Shown here: positions 19,267-29,307 of the stretch, piece by piece
Layout: each line of letters begins with the position of its first letter
Numbering within the stretch: position 1 is the stretch's first letter
DNA from: Malassezia furfur
Lineage: Eukaryota
Assembly: GCA_052055015.1 (NCBI GenBank)
Contig: JBQJIT010000013.1
Length of the DNA stretch: 64,000 nucleotides
Reading direction: 5' to 3' (one strand)
Translations under genes and position numbers: made by a program
The notes under the pieces: generated by a model
Told to the model about the DNA's origin: nothing
Seen by the model: the letters and a program-made list of their open reading frames with translations, nothing else
Databases searched by the model: none

Positions 19267-22131
19267 ATGCGCGTTGCGTTGCTCGTGGTCGCGGCGCTGG
19301 TGGCCGTCGCGTCCGCGCATAGCGACGCGGATGAGACATATGCGGCGGCTCTTGCCGACCTGCGGAGCCTTGTGGACGATGCTATCTCACCACTAGACAC
19401 CGCATCCGAGCGATCTTCGTGGACCCACACCGCCGCCGCGTGGGCCGAGCACCTGGGCTTGGACCGCGTCGGCGCGCGCCTGCGCACGCATGCGCACGAC
19501 CGCGTGCGTAGCCAGCACGAGAGTACCAAGGCCCCGGCCTCGCTCACGGGGCGCATGGCCGCGTGGCTGGACCCGCGCCCGAAACTAACGCGCGAGCGCG
19601 AACCGTTTACCGTCTACGACACGCCCGACCGTGCGCTATGGCCGGACTGGGACTATGACCATGTCAAGGCGAGCCGCGCATATGCGCGTCGCAACGTGCC
19701 CTTGGCCATCAACGGATGGGAGCAGGCAATGTGGGGCCCATTTGTCGCCGACATCCAGGATTCACAGCCGCCGTTGGTCCAAACCGCGGTGGATGCGTTC
19801 CACTCAACGCAGCATGGAGCGCTCATTGCTGAGTGGATCACGAATCAGACACGCAGGTTTGTGCGCGCCACGGCACCGCACGACGCGCCCCGCGGGGCGG
19901 CCGCCTCGCCGGCAGCCCAAGCCGCGGTCGCCAAGCGGGACAGGGCGATTGCCATGCTCGAGCAGGTGGCCTTCCGCGATGCGTACAATGACGAGGCCAT
20001 GCTTGCCAGCACATTCCGCGATGAAAACGTGTCGACGACGCAGGCGGACGCATTGTGGGTGCTTGGTGAGCATTCGCTTTGGGGCACGCACGGCGCTGCC
20101 CCCGACCTGCCACGCGCCTTGCGTGCGTTTGCGCAACTTGCGCAGCTCGGCAATGCGAGTGCACATGCGCGCCTCGGGTTTCTGTACGATAGTCCGCTCA
20201 CCGACGTCCTGCATGGCCTGCCACAACATGCGCCGCGTGCGCTCATGCACCATGTGTTTGCCGCGCAAGAGGGCGAGTATGGCGCGCAACTCGCACTCGC
20301 CCACCGCTATGCCCACGGTCTCGGCGTGCCGGTCGACTGTCTTGAGGCGCTGCGGTGGTACGACGCAGCGGCGCAGGCCACCTACACGCAGTACCTCGCC
20401 GGCCCGCCGGGCGGGCGCACCCTGCCGTACGCCAAGGTGCGGCTGAGCGATCGGGCGATTCTGGCGAGCAAACTGAGCCCCCGGCTGTATGCGGGCCGTT
20501 TGAATCCGCTGCTCTCCGTCAAGCTGCTTCGGGCCGACCTGCGGCGCCTGCTTGCGCAGGAGCCGAGGGCGCTGAGCGACACAGCGGCGCTGCATGGTAT
20601 TCTCGATGTGTACCAGCACCATCATGGCCCCAACGAGCTGGCCCGTGTGCTGTTCCTGGCACACGCATACTACCGCGGAAGCATTGTGGGCGAGGGCGAA
20701 GCGCTCGGGGCCGTTGAGCGCAACTTCCCCCTGGCGATGCACTACGCCCGCTATGTCGCCGAGAAGCGCTGGCCGATGCCGGCCGAGCTCGAAAATGCGG
20801 CGTGGTCGGCCAGGCGGCCGGACGGCGGTCTGCAGCGGGCCTACCAGGCGGTGGAGATGAGCGAGGCCGATACGGTGCGTACGGGCGATGCCGCGGCGCT
20901 GCTCGGCATGATGTACCTGCGCGGCGAAGGCACTCCACAGGACTTGGAGCGCGCACAAGTCTGGCTGACGCGCGCGCAGCTGGACGGCAACCGACGCGCC
21001 GCCGCCTGGCTCGCGGTGATGTACGACGAGGGCTGGACGGCGCCGCGTAATCCGGAGCTGGCCCAAGAGATCCTCAACGACGCGCTGCGAAAGGAGCATG
21101 CCCCTGATGCGGCCGTCGAAATGGCGCGCAAACTAATCGAGTCGAAACTGTACGAGGAAGGCGTCACGCGTCTTCCGCGCATCGCGTACCTGGGTGCGGA
21201 AGGCGAGCGCGTGGGCGAGTCGGGCCAGCTCGAAACAACCTACGAGGTATCCTATTTGCACGGCAGTGTGTACGCCGACCAGCTCATGGCACACACCGCC
21301 AGTGTCGCAGCGTGCAATATCGGCGCCGAGGAGCTGAAACGCGCCGCCGAACGCGCGGATTGGGCCGACCCCGTATTCCACCGCGCCGAGGCAGCGTTGG
21401 CGCGTGGCGACGTCGCGACGGCACTCATGGGCTGGGCCATCGCCGCGTCGTACGGCGTCGAGGAGGCCCAGGACAACGTCGCCTTTGTGCTGGACCCAAT
21501 CAAGTCGCTCCTGCGTCCGGCGCCGCCGCGGGCCTCTGACCGCGCCGCGCTGCAGTACTGGGCAGAAAGCGCCCTGCAGGGCTCGCGGCACGCGCTCGAG
21601 CGCGTGTGCGACTACGTGCGCCTCGCGCGCGGCACCGACGCCGGCCAAGACGACGCAGCGTCCTGTTACATGGCGCTGATCGACGTCGAGAAGGACCTGG
21701 CCGCGCCATACTGGTACCTCGCGCGAATGTATGAGGATGGCGCAGGGACGACGACGCGCGACTTCCCACTCGCTAAGCGCTACTATGATGTGGTGACGGG
21801 GCTCGCGCCCGGTAAGGCGATCCTGACGACCTTCCCTGCACTCGTGCGACTGCACCTCAAAGCCGTGTGGCTGTGGATGCACGGCGACGACAGTGCACGT
21901 CGCCTGCTTGCAAGCTACGTGTGGAAGCCGCGCACGAAGCGCGCGCCGTCGCCCGCACGGCCGCCCGCCACGCCGGCCGATGCGGATGCGTGGCTCGATT
22001 ATGCGGTTGACGCGGCGGTTTTTGGCGTGGGCCTTGTGCTGCTGGGTGTGCTGTATCTCGTGCGCCGCTGGATCGATGCGCGGCTACAAGCGGCCAACGC
22101 GCAGCTCGCGCAGATTCAGGCGCTTCGGTAG
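19267..22131 (+). CDS. HRD3: Hrd3/SEL1L ERAD component, paralogue 2
   Basis: Signal peptide; GPPGGRTLP..RLSD, AQDNVAFVLD, RDFPLAKRYYD; C-terminal TM. Confidence 0.87.
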   Translation: MRVALLVVAALVAVASAHSDADETYAAALADLRSLVDDAISPLDTASERSSWTHTAAAWAEHLGLDRVGARLRTHAHDRVRSQHESTKAPASLTGRMAAWLDPRPKLTREREPFTVYDTPDRALWPDWDYDHVKASRAYARRNVPLAINGWEQAMWGPFVADIQDSQPPLVQTAVDAFHSTQHGALIAEWITNQTRRFVRATAPHDAPRGAAASPAAQAAVAKRDRAIAMLEQVAFRDAYNDEAMLASTFRDENVSTTQADALWVLGEHSLWGTHGAAPDLPRALRAFAQLAQLGNASAHARLGFLYDSPLTDVLHGLPQHAPRALMHHVFAAQEGEYGAQLALAHRYAHGLGVPVDCLEALRWYDAAAQATYTQYLAGPPGGRTLPYAKVRLSDRAILASKLSPRLYAGRLNPLLSVKLLRADLRRLLAQEPRALSDTAALHGILDVYQHHHGPNELARVLFLAHAYYRGSIVGEGEALGAVERNFPLAMHYARYVAEKRWPMPAELENAAWSARRPDGGLQRAYQAVEMSEADTVRTGDAAALLGMMYLRGEGTPQDLERAQVWLTRAQLDGNRRAAAWLAVMYDEGWTAPRNPELAQEILNDALRKEHAPDAAVEMARKLIESKLYEEGVTRLPRIAYLGAEGERVGESGQLETTYEVSYLHGSVYADQLMAHTASVAACNIGAEELKRAAERADWADPVFHRAEAALARGDVATALMGWAIAASYGVEEAQDNVAFVLDPIKSLLRPAPPRASDRAALQYWAESALQGSRHALERVCDYVRLARGTDAGQDDAASCYMALIDVEKDLAAPYWYLARMYEDGAGTTTRDFPLAKRYYDVVTGLAPGKAILTTFPALVRLHLKAVWLWMHGDDSARRLLASYVWKPRTKRAPSPARPPATPADADAWLDYAVDAAVFGVGLVLLGVLYLVRRWIDARLQAANAQLAQIQALR

Positions 22132-22238
22132 AAGGGCATAGAGCAACGAAGCTGGCCGCGCCGCCGGGGCGCGCCTGGCCTGTGCGTGTTGTTGTTTCGG
22201 CCGAGGCGTCGTCGACGTGGAACCGTCTTCCTTCCAGC

Positions 22239-24926
22239 ATGCGAAGCATCCCCGCAGGCTGGCTGACGGTGCTGGTGTGTGCCGCGCTGGCGGTGTTCCT
22301 CGCTCCGCCCGCGGCCGCAATTGGCGTCGTGAGTATCGACTACGGAACCGAGTGGATCAAGGCTGCGCTCGTCAAGCCCGGCATGCCGTTTGACGTTGTG
22401 TTGAGCCGCGACTCGAAGCGCAAGGTGCAGTCGACCGTCGCCTTCAAGGGCAAGGTGCCTGCGGACGGCAATCTCGCCAAGCAGGAGCGCCTGCTCGGTG
22501 GCGATGCGTACGCGTTTGCATCGCGCAATCCGCTCCAGACCTACCATGCGGCCAAGCTGCTGCTCGGCCAGTCGTGCAACGACACCGAGTCGAGCGGCGC
22601 GCGCCTCTATGAGCGCGTGTTTGGCAACGATATGGTGCCGCTGCGTGGTGCGAATGTGAGCGGCTCGTCGTGTGTTGTGCGCCCGTCGCCCGATAACGAG
22701 GCGTTCTGGCGCCCCGAGGAGATCGTCGGCATGGAGCTCGACCACATCCGCGAGCTCGCCGAGGACACCGCCAGCGAGATGCTCAGCATTGGCTTCGTGC
22801 CTGGCGCGCAGGGCTACTTTAGCGCACAGAAGGGGCTCGACACGGTGATTACCGTGCCCATCTACTTTACCAACCTGGAGCGGCAAGCGCTCTTTGACTC
22901 GGCCGTCCTGGCCGGCTTCCGCCCGCACCTGATCAGCGACGGTGCAGCGGCCGCGACCAACTACGCGCAGAGCCGCTCGTTCCCGAAGCCCGAGTACCAC
23001 ATCTTCTTCGACGTGGGCTCTGGTGCGTCGCGCGCCACGCTCGTCGAGCTCTCTGAGCAGCCGTCGGCCGAGGCGCGCGGCAAAGCGGTGACCAACGTGC
23101 GCGTCCTGGACGCCGCGTGGAGCCGCGAGGTGGGCGGTCTGACGTTTGACCTGCTGGTGCGCGACTTGCTTGCCGACGCGTTCGACCGGCAGCATCGCGC
23201 CGCGCTTGCCACGTCGGTGCGCGACGACAAGCGCGCCATGGCGCGTTTGCTGCGCGAAGCAAACCGCGTGAAGCACGTGCTGTCGGCCAACGCCGAGGCG
23301 TCGAGCTACGTCGAGGGACTTGCGCAGGACCTCGACCTGCGCACCTCGGTGACGCGCGAGCAGTTTGAGCGTGCGATGGAGGACGCGGGGCAGCTTGCGC
23401 GCGTCGTGGCGCCGATCCATGAGCTGCTGCAGCGCACGCGCCGCTCGGTCGCCGACATTGACTCGGTGGTGCTGATTGGTGGCTCGACACGCGTGCCGGC
23501 CGTGCAGGCGGCGCTGCGCACCGCGGGCGTGCCTGAGGAGAAGATCGCGGTAAACGTCAACGCGGACGAGGCGCCGGTCATGGGCGCTGCGCTGTACGCC
23601 GCCAACATGCAGCCGGCCTTGCGCATGAAGCAGGTCAACGTCACCGATGGCAACGTGTACCCCGTGAGCGTCGCGGGCTTCGACACACCCACGCCGCGTG
23701 TCGTGTTCCCTGCGGGCCCCGCGGCCCTGAGCGAGGTGCCGCTGGAGCGCAGCGACGTCACGGAAGACTTTGGCTTGACCATTGCGTACACGCCCGAGGC
23801 CGTCGCGCGTCTCCCTGCGGGCTATGCCGGCCCACTCGCGCGCGTCGAGCTCGACGGCATCACCGAGACCCTGCAGGAGCTGGGCGACGCGAGCGAACTG
23901 CGCCACGTCCAGACCAAGGTGAATGCGACGCTCAGGAGCGGCCCTGCGGGCGTGTACGTCGTGGCAAACCCCACGCTGCTTGTCACGCCGAAGACGACGA
24001 TTGCTGGTGCCCTCAAAGCCTTTTTCAAGCTGGACGAGCCGAGCACCACGAACGCGACCGACGCGAATGTCACGGATGCGACGCAAGAGCGTGTGGTGCC
24101 GTTGTTGCAGACCGTCGAGTGGCTCACCAACATGCGCCCGCTGAGCGCCGAGGACAAGCTCAAGGCGCTGGAGCGGCTGCGCCTGATCGTGTACGAGGCC
24201 AAGGAGCGCGTCAAGAAGGACACGGCGTCGAACCAGCTCGAGGCGCTGCTGTATCAGGCGCGCGAGCTGCTCGACGACGCGCAGTTTACGCCGTACGCGG
24301 CGGAGCGCGAGACAAAGCAGATCCGCGAGAGCATGGAGCAGGCCAGCGCGTTCCTGGGCGACGACGTCGAGGAGGCCGCGGCGTCGACCGTGGAGAAAAA
24401 GTACAAAGACTTTAAGAAGCTGCTCGACACGCCGCGCCTGCGCGCCGAGGAGGCGGCGCGGCGCCCTGCGTCGAGTGCGGCGCTGCGTGCGGTGCTGGAA
24501 GATGGTGCGCAGTTTGTGGCCGAGGCGCGCACGAACCTCACGGCGGCGCTCAAGGCGCAGCAGGGCAGCAAGTACTCGGTCACCGAGCTGGACGCGCTGC
24601 AGAGCCAGTTGGAGGGCGACCGCAAGTGGCTCGACGACGGCGAGCGTGCCCAGGCGGCGCGCAAGCTGTACGAGAATGCGGTGGTGCGTGCGGACGAAAT
24701 GGATCGTCGTGCCAAGAAGCTGCGGGACACGCTAGGCCGTCTGCGCCGGCGCCGCATTGCCAAGACGCGCCCGCCGAAGAAGGAGACGACTTCGAGCGCG
24801 AGCGAGAGTGCGACGACGAGCGCGAGTGCGAGCGAGAGTGCCACGCAGAGCACAACGACGCCCACGAGCAGCGCGACGCCCGCGCAGTCGTCGACGGCGG
24901 AGCCGCCGCTGCACACGGAGCTGTAG
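22239..24926 (+). CDS. LHS1: ER-lumenal Hsp70 / nucleotide exchange factor (Grp170/HYOU1)
   Basis: Signal peptide, SIDYGTEWIKAALVKPG, LIGGSTRVPAVQ, NVNADEA, C-terminal HTEL retention signal. Confidence 0.93.
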   Translation: MRSIPAGWLTVLVCAALAVFLAPPAAAIGVVSIDYGTEWIKAALVKPGMPFDVVLSRDSKRKVQSTVAFKGKVPADGNLAKQERLLGGDAYAFASRNPLQTYHAAKLLLGQSCNDTESSGARLYERVFGNDMVPLRGANVSGSSCVVRPSPDNEAFWRPEEIVGMELDHIRELAEDTASEMLSIGFVPGAQGYFSAQKGLDTVITVPIYFTNLERQALFDSAVLAGFRPHLISDGAAAATNYAQSRSFPKPEYHIFFDVGSGASRATLVELSEQPSAEARGKAVTNVRVLDAAWSREVGGLTFDLLVRDLLADAFDRQHRAALATSVRDDKRAMARLLREANRVKHVLSANAEASSYVEGLAQDLDLRTSVTREQFERAMEDAGQLARVVAPIHELLQRTRRSVADIDSVVLIGGSTRVPAVQAALRTAGVPEEKIAVNVNADEAPVMGAALYAANMQPALRMKQVNVTDGNVYPVSVAGFDTPTPRVVFPAGPAALSEVPLERSDVTEDFGLTIAYTPEAVARLPAGYAGPLARVELDGITETLQELGDASELRHVQTKVNATLRSGPAGVYVVANPTLLVTPKTTIAGALKAFFKLDEPSTTNATDANVTDATQERVVPLLQTVEWLTNMRPLSAEDKLKALERLRLIVYEAKERVKKDTASNQLEALLYQARELLDDAQFTPYAAERETKQIRESMEQASAFLGDDVEEAAASTVEKKYKDFKKLLDTPRLRAEEAARRPASSAALRAVLEDGAQFVAEARTNLTAALKAQQGSKYSVTELDALQSQLEGDRKWLDDGERAQAARKLYENAVVRADEMDRRAKKLRDTLGRLRRRRIAKTRPPKKETTSSASESATTSASASESATQSTTTPTSSATPAQSSTAEPPLHTEL

Positions 24927-25010
24927 AGACGTAGTGTGTCACACACCTCCATTGCCTGCCCGTCTGGCCCCTGCGCGCGGTGCATCCACCTCCATCGCAC
25001 CCGTCTCGGG

Positions 25011-27785
25011 ATGGGCGCCCGGAGTTATGTCGACAGCGATGGTACGTGGCCCACTTACGCAGCGCCATACCGGTCGAGCGAGCGAACGAGCCAGAAGGCA
25101 TCGGTCCGGTTCATGCGCATGAGCGTCGACGAGACGCTCGAGGCGCTCGACACGCCGTCGCTGGAGCGGGGCCTATCAGACGCCCAGGCGGCCGAGGCGC
25201 GCAAGGAGTACGGGCGCAACGAGCTGGCGGGCAAAGAGAAGCCGCCCATGTATACCAGGTGGCTCGGCCAGCTGCGCGAGCCGCTGAATCTGCTGCTGCT
25301 CGGCAGCGCGGCGGTGAGTGTGATGGTGGGCCAGGTGGACGACGCGGTGACCATCACCGTCGCGCTGCTGATTGTCATCACGGTGGGCATTGTGCAAGAG
25401 TACCGCTCGGAAAAGAGCCTCGAAGCGCTCAGCCAGCTCGTGCCGCCCAAGTGTCATGTGCTGCGCGACGGCGAGTCGCGCAAGGTGTTTGCCGCGGACC
25501 TTGTCCCCGGCGACGTAGTGTCGTTTTCGTCGGGCGACCGTGTGCCGGCGGATGTGCGGATTGCGCACGCGTCGAGCCTCGAGATTGACGAGAGCACGCT
25601 GACCGGCGAGGTGCACCCGATGCGCAAGACGTCCAAGGCGATTCCGCCGCACGACGACGCGCAGGGCGACGACGTGGCGATCAACGAGCGCGAAAACATT
25701 GCGTTTATGGGCACGCTGGTGCAGCACGGCAGCGCCAAGGGCGTGGTGATTGCGACGGGCGCGGGCACCGAGTTCGGCAGCATCTTTGACATGGTCGACC
25801 AGGTGGGCGAGCGGCAGACGCCGATGCAGCGCAGCATGGCGGACCTGGCGCAGCGGCTGAGCGTGCTGAGTCTGTGTGTGATTGCGGTGATTATGATGAT
25901 CGGCGCGCTGCAGCAGCAGCCGCTGCTCGAGATGTTCACCATCGCCGTGTCGCTCGCCGTCGCGGCGATCCCCGAGGGGCTGCCGATTGTGGTGACGGTC
26001 ACGCTGGCGCTCGGCGCGCTGCGCATGTCGCACCAGAACGCCATTTTGAAGAATCTGCCGAGCGTCGAGACGCTGGGGAGCGTGTCGGTGATCTGCTCCG
26101 ACAAGACGGGGACGCTGACGGCGAACGAAATGCGCGTCGTCAAGACGTACACAGTGCCCGACGGCGTGCAGGACGTGCCCGAGACGGCCGACAGCGAGGC
26201 GTCCTTGCCCCGTGCGCTCGCGCGCTGCCTCGAGGTCGGGATGCTGTGCAACAACACCGAGACGGGCAAGGACGGGCAGCTGATCGGGCAGTCGACCGAG
26301 GTCGCGATGCTGCGGGTGCTGCCCAAGTTTGGTCTGCACGACCGGCGCGGCGAGTGGGTGCGTGAGCACGAGACGCCCTTCCGCTCGGACACCAAGATGA
26401 TGGACGTCACCGGGCACTACCGCAGCGACGCGCACGGCTCGCCGCAGCTGCTGCTCAAGGGCGCGCCCGAGGTGGTCCTGCGCCAGTGCACGCTCTACCA
26501 CACCGCCACCGAGCCGCAGAAGCTCGGCGACGACGTGCGCCAGCAGATCCGCGACGCCATCTCGGAGCTCGCCAACTCTGGCCTGCGTGTGCTCGCAATG
26601 GCCAGCGCGTCGGCGCCCGCGCCGCACCAGCGCCCGACGCTGGCGTTCTGCGGCCTGCAGGCGATGCACGACCCGCCGCGCCCGGGCGTCGCCGAGGCGG
26701 TCCAGAAGCTGCACCGCGGGCGCGTGCACGTCGCCATGATCACGGGCGACTCGGAGGTGACCGCCGCGGCGATCGCGCGGCAGCTCGGCCTCGTGGCGTC
26801 GAGCGGGCGCGTCGACGTGCTCACCGGGCCGCAGATCGAGAAGCTGAGCGACCGCCAGCTGCGCGAGCGCGTGCGCTCCGTGACGGTGTTTGCGCGCACC
26901 GCGCCGGAGCACAAGCTGCGCATCGTGTCCGCGTTCCAGTCGCACGACGAGGTGGTCGGTATGACGGGCGACGGCGTGAACGATGCACCGGCGCTCAAGC
27001 TCGCCGACGTCGGCATTGCGATGGGCAAGGGCGGCACGGACGTCACCAAGGAGGCGGCCGACATGATCCTCGTCGACGACAACTTCGCCACGATCCTCGC
27101 CGCGGTGCGCGAGGGGAAGAGCATCTTTTACAATATCCAAAACTTTGTCACCTTCCAGTTGAGCACGTCGGCGGCCGCGCTTGTGCTCATCGCGACGAGC
27201 ACACTGCTGCGTCTGCGCTTCCCGCTGAACCCGATGCAGATCCTCTTTATCAACATCCTCATGGACGGGCCGCCGAGCCAGAGCCTCGGCGTCGACCCCG
27301 CCAACGAGAGTGTGATGCGCCGCCCGCCGCGGCCCAAGGACGCACCGGTCGTCACGCGCCGCCTGCTCCACCGCACCATCTTCTCCGCGACGCTCATCAC
27401 CCTGGGCACCTTCTTCGTGTTCCTCTTTGAGCGCCCGCCCGGCGACGTCGACGGCGACAAGCGCGACGCGACCATGACGTTTACCTGCTTCGTGTTCCTC
27501 GACCTCGTCTCGGTCGTGCAGAACCGCGGGCCGCTCACGGGCATCACCCAGAACCACATGCTCCTCTGGACGGTCGGCGCTAGCTTCGCCGCACAGATGC
27601 TCATCGTCTACTTCCCGCTGCTCCAGGACGTGTTCCTGACACAGGCACTCGCGTTCAACGACCTCCTCTTCCTCCTCGTGCTCGCCGCAGGCGCCTTTGC
27701 CCTGCACGAGGCCCGCCGCGTATACGAGCGCGCGCAAATCGCCCAGGAGGACCAGGACAACCAGAGCATGCAGCACATCGCATAG
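25011..27785 (+). CDS. PMR1: Golgi Ca2+/Mn2+ P-type ATPase (possible 21-nt in-frame intron 25042-25062)
   Basis: AAIPEGLP, CSDKTGTLT, GDGVNDAPALK, NPMQILFINILMDGPPSQSLGV. Confidence 0.95.
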   Translation: MGARSYVDSDGTWPTYAAPYRSSERTSQKASVRFMRMSVDETLEALDTPSLERGLSDAQAAEARKEYGRNELAGKEKPPMYTRWLGQLREPLNLLLLGSAAVSVMVGQVDDAVTITVALLIVITVGIVQEYRSEKSLEALSQLVPPKCHVLRDGESRKVFAADLVPGDVVSFSSGDRVPADVRIAHASSLEIDESTLTGEVHPMRKTSKAIPPHDDAQGDDVAINERENIAFMGTLVQHGSAKGVVIATGAGTEFGSIFDMVDQVGERQTPMQRSMADLAQRLSVLSLCVIAVIMMIGALQQQPLLEMFTIAVSLAVAAIPEGLPIVVTVTLALGALRMSHQNAILKNLPSVETLGSVSVICSDKTGTLTANEMRVVKTYTVPDGVQDVPETADSEASLPRALARCLEVGMLCNNTETGKDGQLIGQSTEVAMLRVLPKFGLHDRRGEWVREHETPFRSDTKMMDVTGHYRSDAHGSPQLLLKGAPEVVLRQCTLYHTATEPQKLGDDVRQQIRDAISELANSGLRVLAMASASAPAPHQRPTLAFCGLQAMHDPPRPGVAEAVQKLHRGRVHVAMITGDSEVTAAAIARQLGLVASSGRVDVLTGPQIEKLSDRQLRERVRSVTVFARTAPEHKLRIVSAFQSHDEVVGMTGDGVNDAPALKLADVGIAMGKGGTDVTKEAADMILVDDNFATILAAVREGKSIFYNIQNFVTFQLSTSAAALVLIATSTLLRLRFPLNPMQILFINILMDGPPSQSLGVDPANESVMRRPPRPKDAPVVTRRLLHRTIFSATLITLGTFFVFLFERPPGDVDGDKRDATMTFTCFVFLDLVSVVQNRGPLTGITQNHMLLWTVGASFAAQMLIVYFPLLQDVFLTQALAFNDLLFLLVLAAGAFALHEARRVYERAQIAQEDQDNQSMQHIA

Positions 27786-27815
27786 CCAAAACCTCCGTAC
27801 CTACCACACACACGT

Positions 27816-29105
27816 CTACGAATGCACACGCAGCACACCAGTCACGTCCGTCACCCCAGTCACATCCTGTACGCCGAGCGTCACCCCGCCGTACTTGGCG
27901 AGCCGCGCACACAGCGCATCGGGGGCGGCCGTCGCCGGCGTCAGGACACCCCCACGCTGCGCCATGGGCGTAAACTGGCCGCGCTCCCACGCGAGCGTAA
28001 GCGCCGACTCGGACAGAAACGCGGCCGACTTGAGGTAGCCAGGGTCCCCCTTGACGCTAAAGGTCGACATACACCGCGTCTGGCCATCAGCAGCGTAGGC
28101 CAACGTGCGCAGCACCGCACACCCCTTGAGCTGCGCCTCCAGCGAGGGACCCGTGCCCTGCGGCAGGACGCGCATCGCCAGCTTGCCAAAGCCGGGCACC
28201 TTGAGCATGTACGGGAACATTTGGAACTTGGTCGAGATCAGGCTCGCCGACAGGCGCGACGAGCACGTCTCGGCCTCCTCGTACGCAAAGCCGCGGCCGT
28301 ACTGCTGCGCAGCCTGTGCCTCCTGCAGCAGACCCCACGTACGGTACACCACCCGCGTGTTGTGCGGCGTGAACGCGGTAAACGAGCCCACCTGGCCAAA
28401 CTGCGGCAAATCGCGCCACTTGTACGCGTGCGCGTCGTGCGTGCCGCGCACCGGACTTAGCCAGTACGGCTCGGCGTACCGCAGCGCAAACGGATGGTCG
28501 GCCATTGCTACCCCACTCGCGAGCGTGCCGCCAGACATGGAGCCCTCGACGTGGTAGCCGACGAGCACCTTGTCCACCTCGGCATCGGCGCCCAGCAACT
28601 TTTTCACCTCTTGCACCGCAAGGTACGTGCTCAGGTCAAACGGCAGGCTGTCAAAGCCGGACGACGGCACAAGCACGGCACCCGTCTTTTGCGCCAACGC
28701 ATGCAAGTGCTCCACGTCTTTATGGTACACATCCGACTCGCCCGTCAGATCCACGTACCCGCCGCCCACCTCGGCAACCGCCCGGGCCACCTCAAACCCA
28801 CCCAGCAAGCCAAAGGGGCCCACCGTGTTGATCACGACGTGTGCGCTCTCGGCGAGCCGACGAAGGCTCGCTTCGTCACCGGCCGACGCCTCCATCAGAC
28901 CAATGCTCTCGACCCGCTCCTTGGACACGCTCGTGAGCTTGTCGCGCACATTGCGCAGTTTCTGCGCATTGCGGCCGGCAAACGCAATTTTGGGGGCCTG
29001 GGGGTGCTCGGCAAGGTACTGCGCGACGAGGCTCCCAGTGAACCCAGTCGCGCCGTACAGTACCACATCGTACTGCGGGCTGCGGTTTCCAGCGGGCATC
29101 GTCAT
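27816..29105 (-). CDS. Saccharopine dehydrogenase-like oxidoreductase (SCCPDH / trans-enoyl reductase family), copy 1
   Basis: YGATGFTG, INTVGPF, YVDLTGE, GFDSLPFD, SGGT, GDPGY, GGVLTPA. Confidence 0.9.
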   Translation of the reverse strand: MTMPAGNRSPQYDVVLYGATGFTGSLVAQYLAEHPQAPKIAFAGRNAQKLRNVRDKLTSVSKERVESIGLMEASAGDEASLRRLAESAHVVINTVGPFGLLGGFEVARAVAEVGGGYVDLTGESDVYHKDVEHLHALAQKTGAVLVPSSGFDSLPFDLSTYLAVQEVKKLLGADAEVDKVLVGYHVEGSMSGGTLASGVAMADHPFALRYAEPYWLSPVRGTHDAHAYKWRDLPQFGQVGSFTAFTPHNTRVVYRTWGLLQEAQAAQQYGRGFAYEEAETCSSRLSASLISTKFQMFPYMLKVPGFGKLAMRVLPQGTGPSLEAQLKGCAVLRTLAYAADGQTRCMSTFSVKGDPGYLKSAAFLSESALTLAWERGQFTPMAQRGGVLTPATAAPDALCARLAKYGGVTLGVQDVTGVTDVTGVLRVHS

Positions 29106-29307
29106 GCTGATGCCCAAAGACGTTCCGCACACGCCCTATATACCATCGTTGGGGCGTCCACCTAGACCCATACGGATTTCACGCGCACCGTGCAGGGCCC
29201 CACCCCACCTACTCCACACACGACTTTCTGCCAGGGTCGAAGCGGCAAGAATTTCGGCGAAGTTAAAATTAATCCCCGACTCGGGGGTATCACACATAGT
29301 CACGCGT

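Noticed and set aside
24790..24845. GCGAGCGAGAGTG-type repeat near the LHS1 3' end
   Set aside because: Encodes an ordinary Ser/Thr/Ala linker before HTEL.
25176..27776. Long antisense ORFs (866 aa here; also 11795-13852, 22116-24086, 35255-36820, 36841-39228, 47729-49639, 55878-57470)
   Set aside because: Shadow frames of GC-rich genes with strong codon bias; no recognisable motifs.
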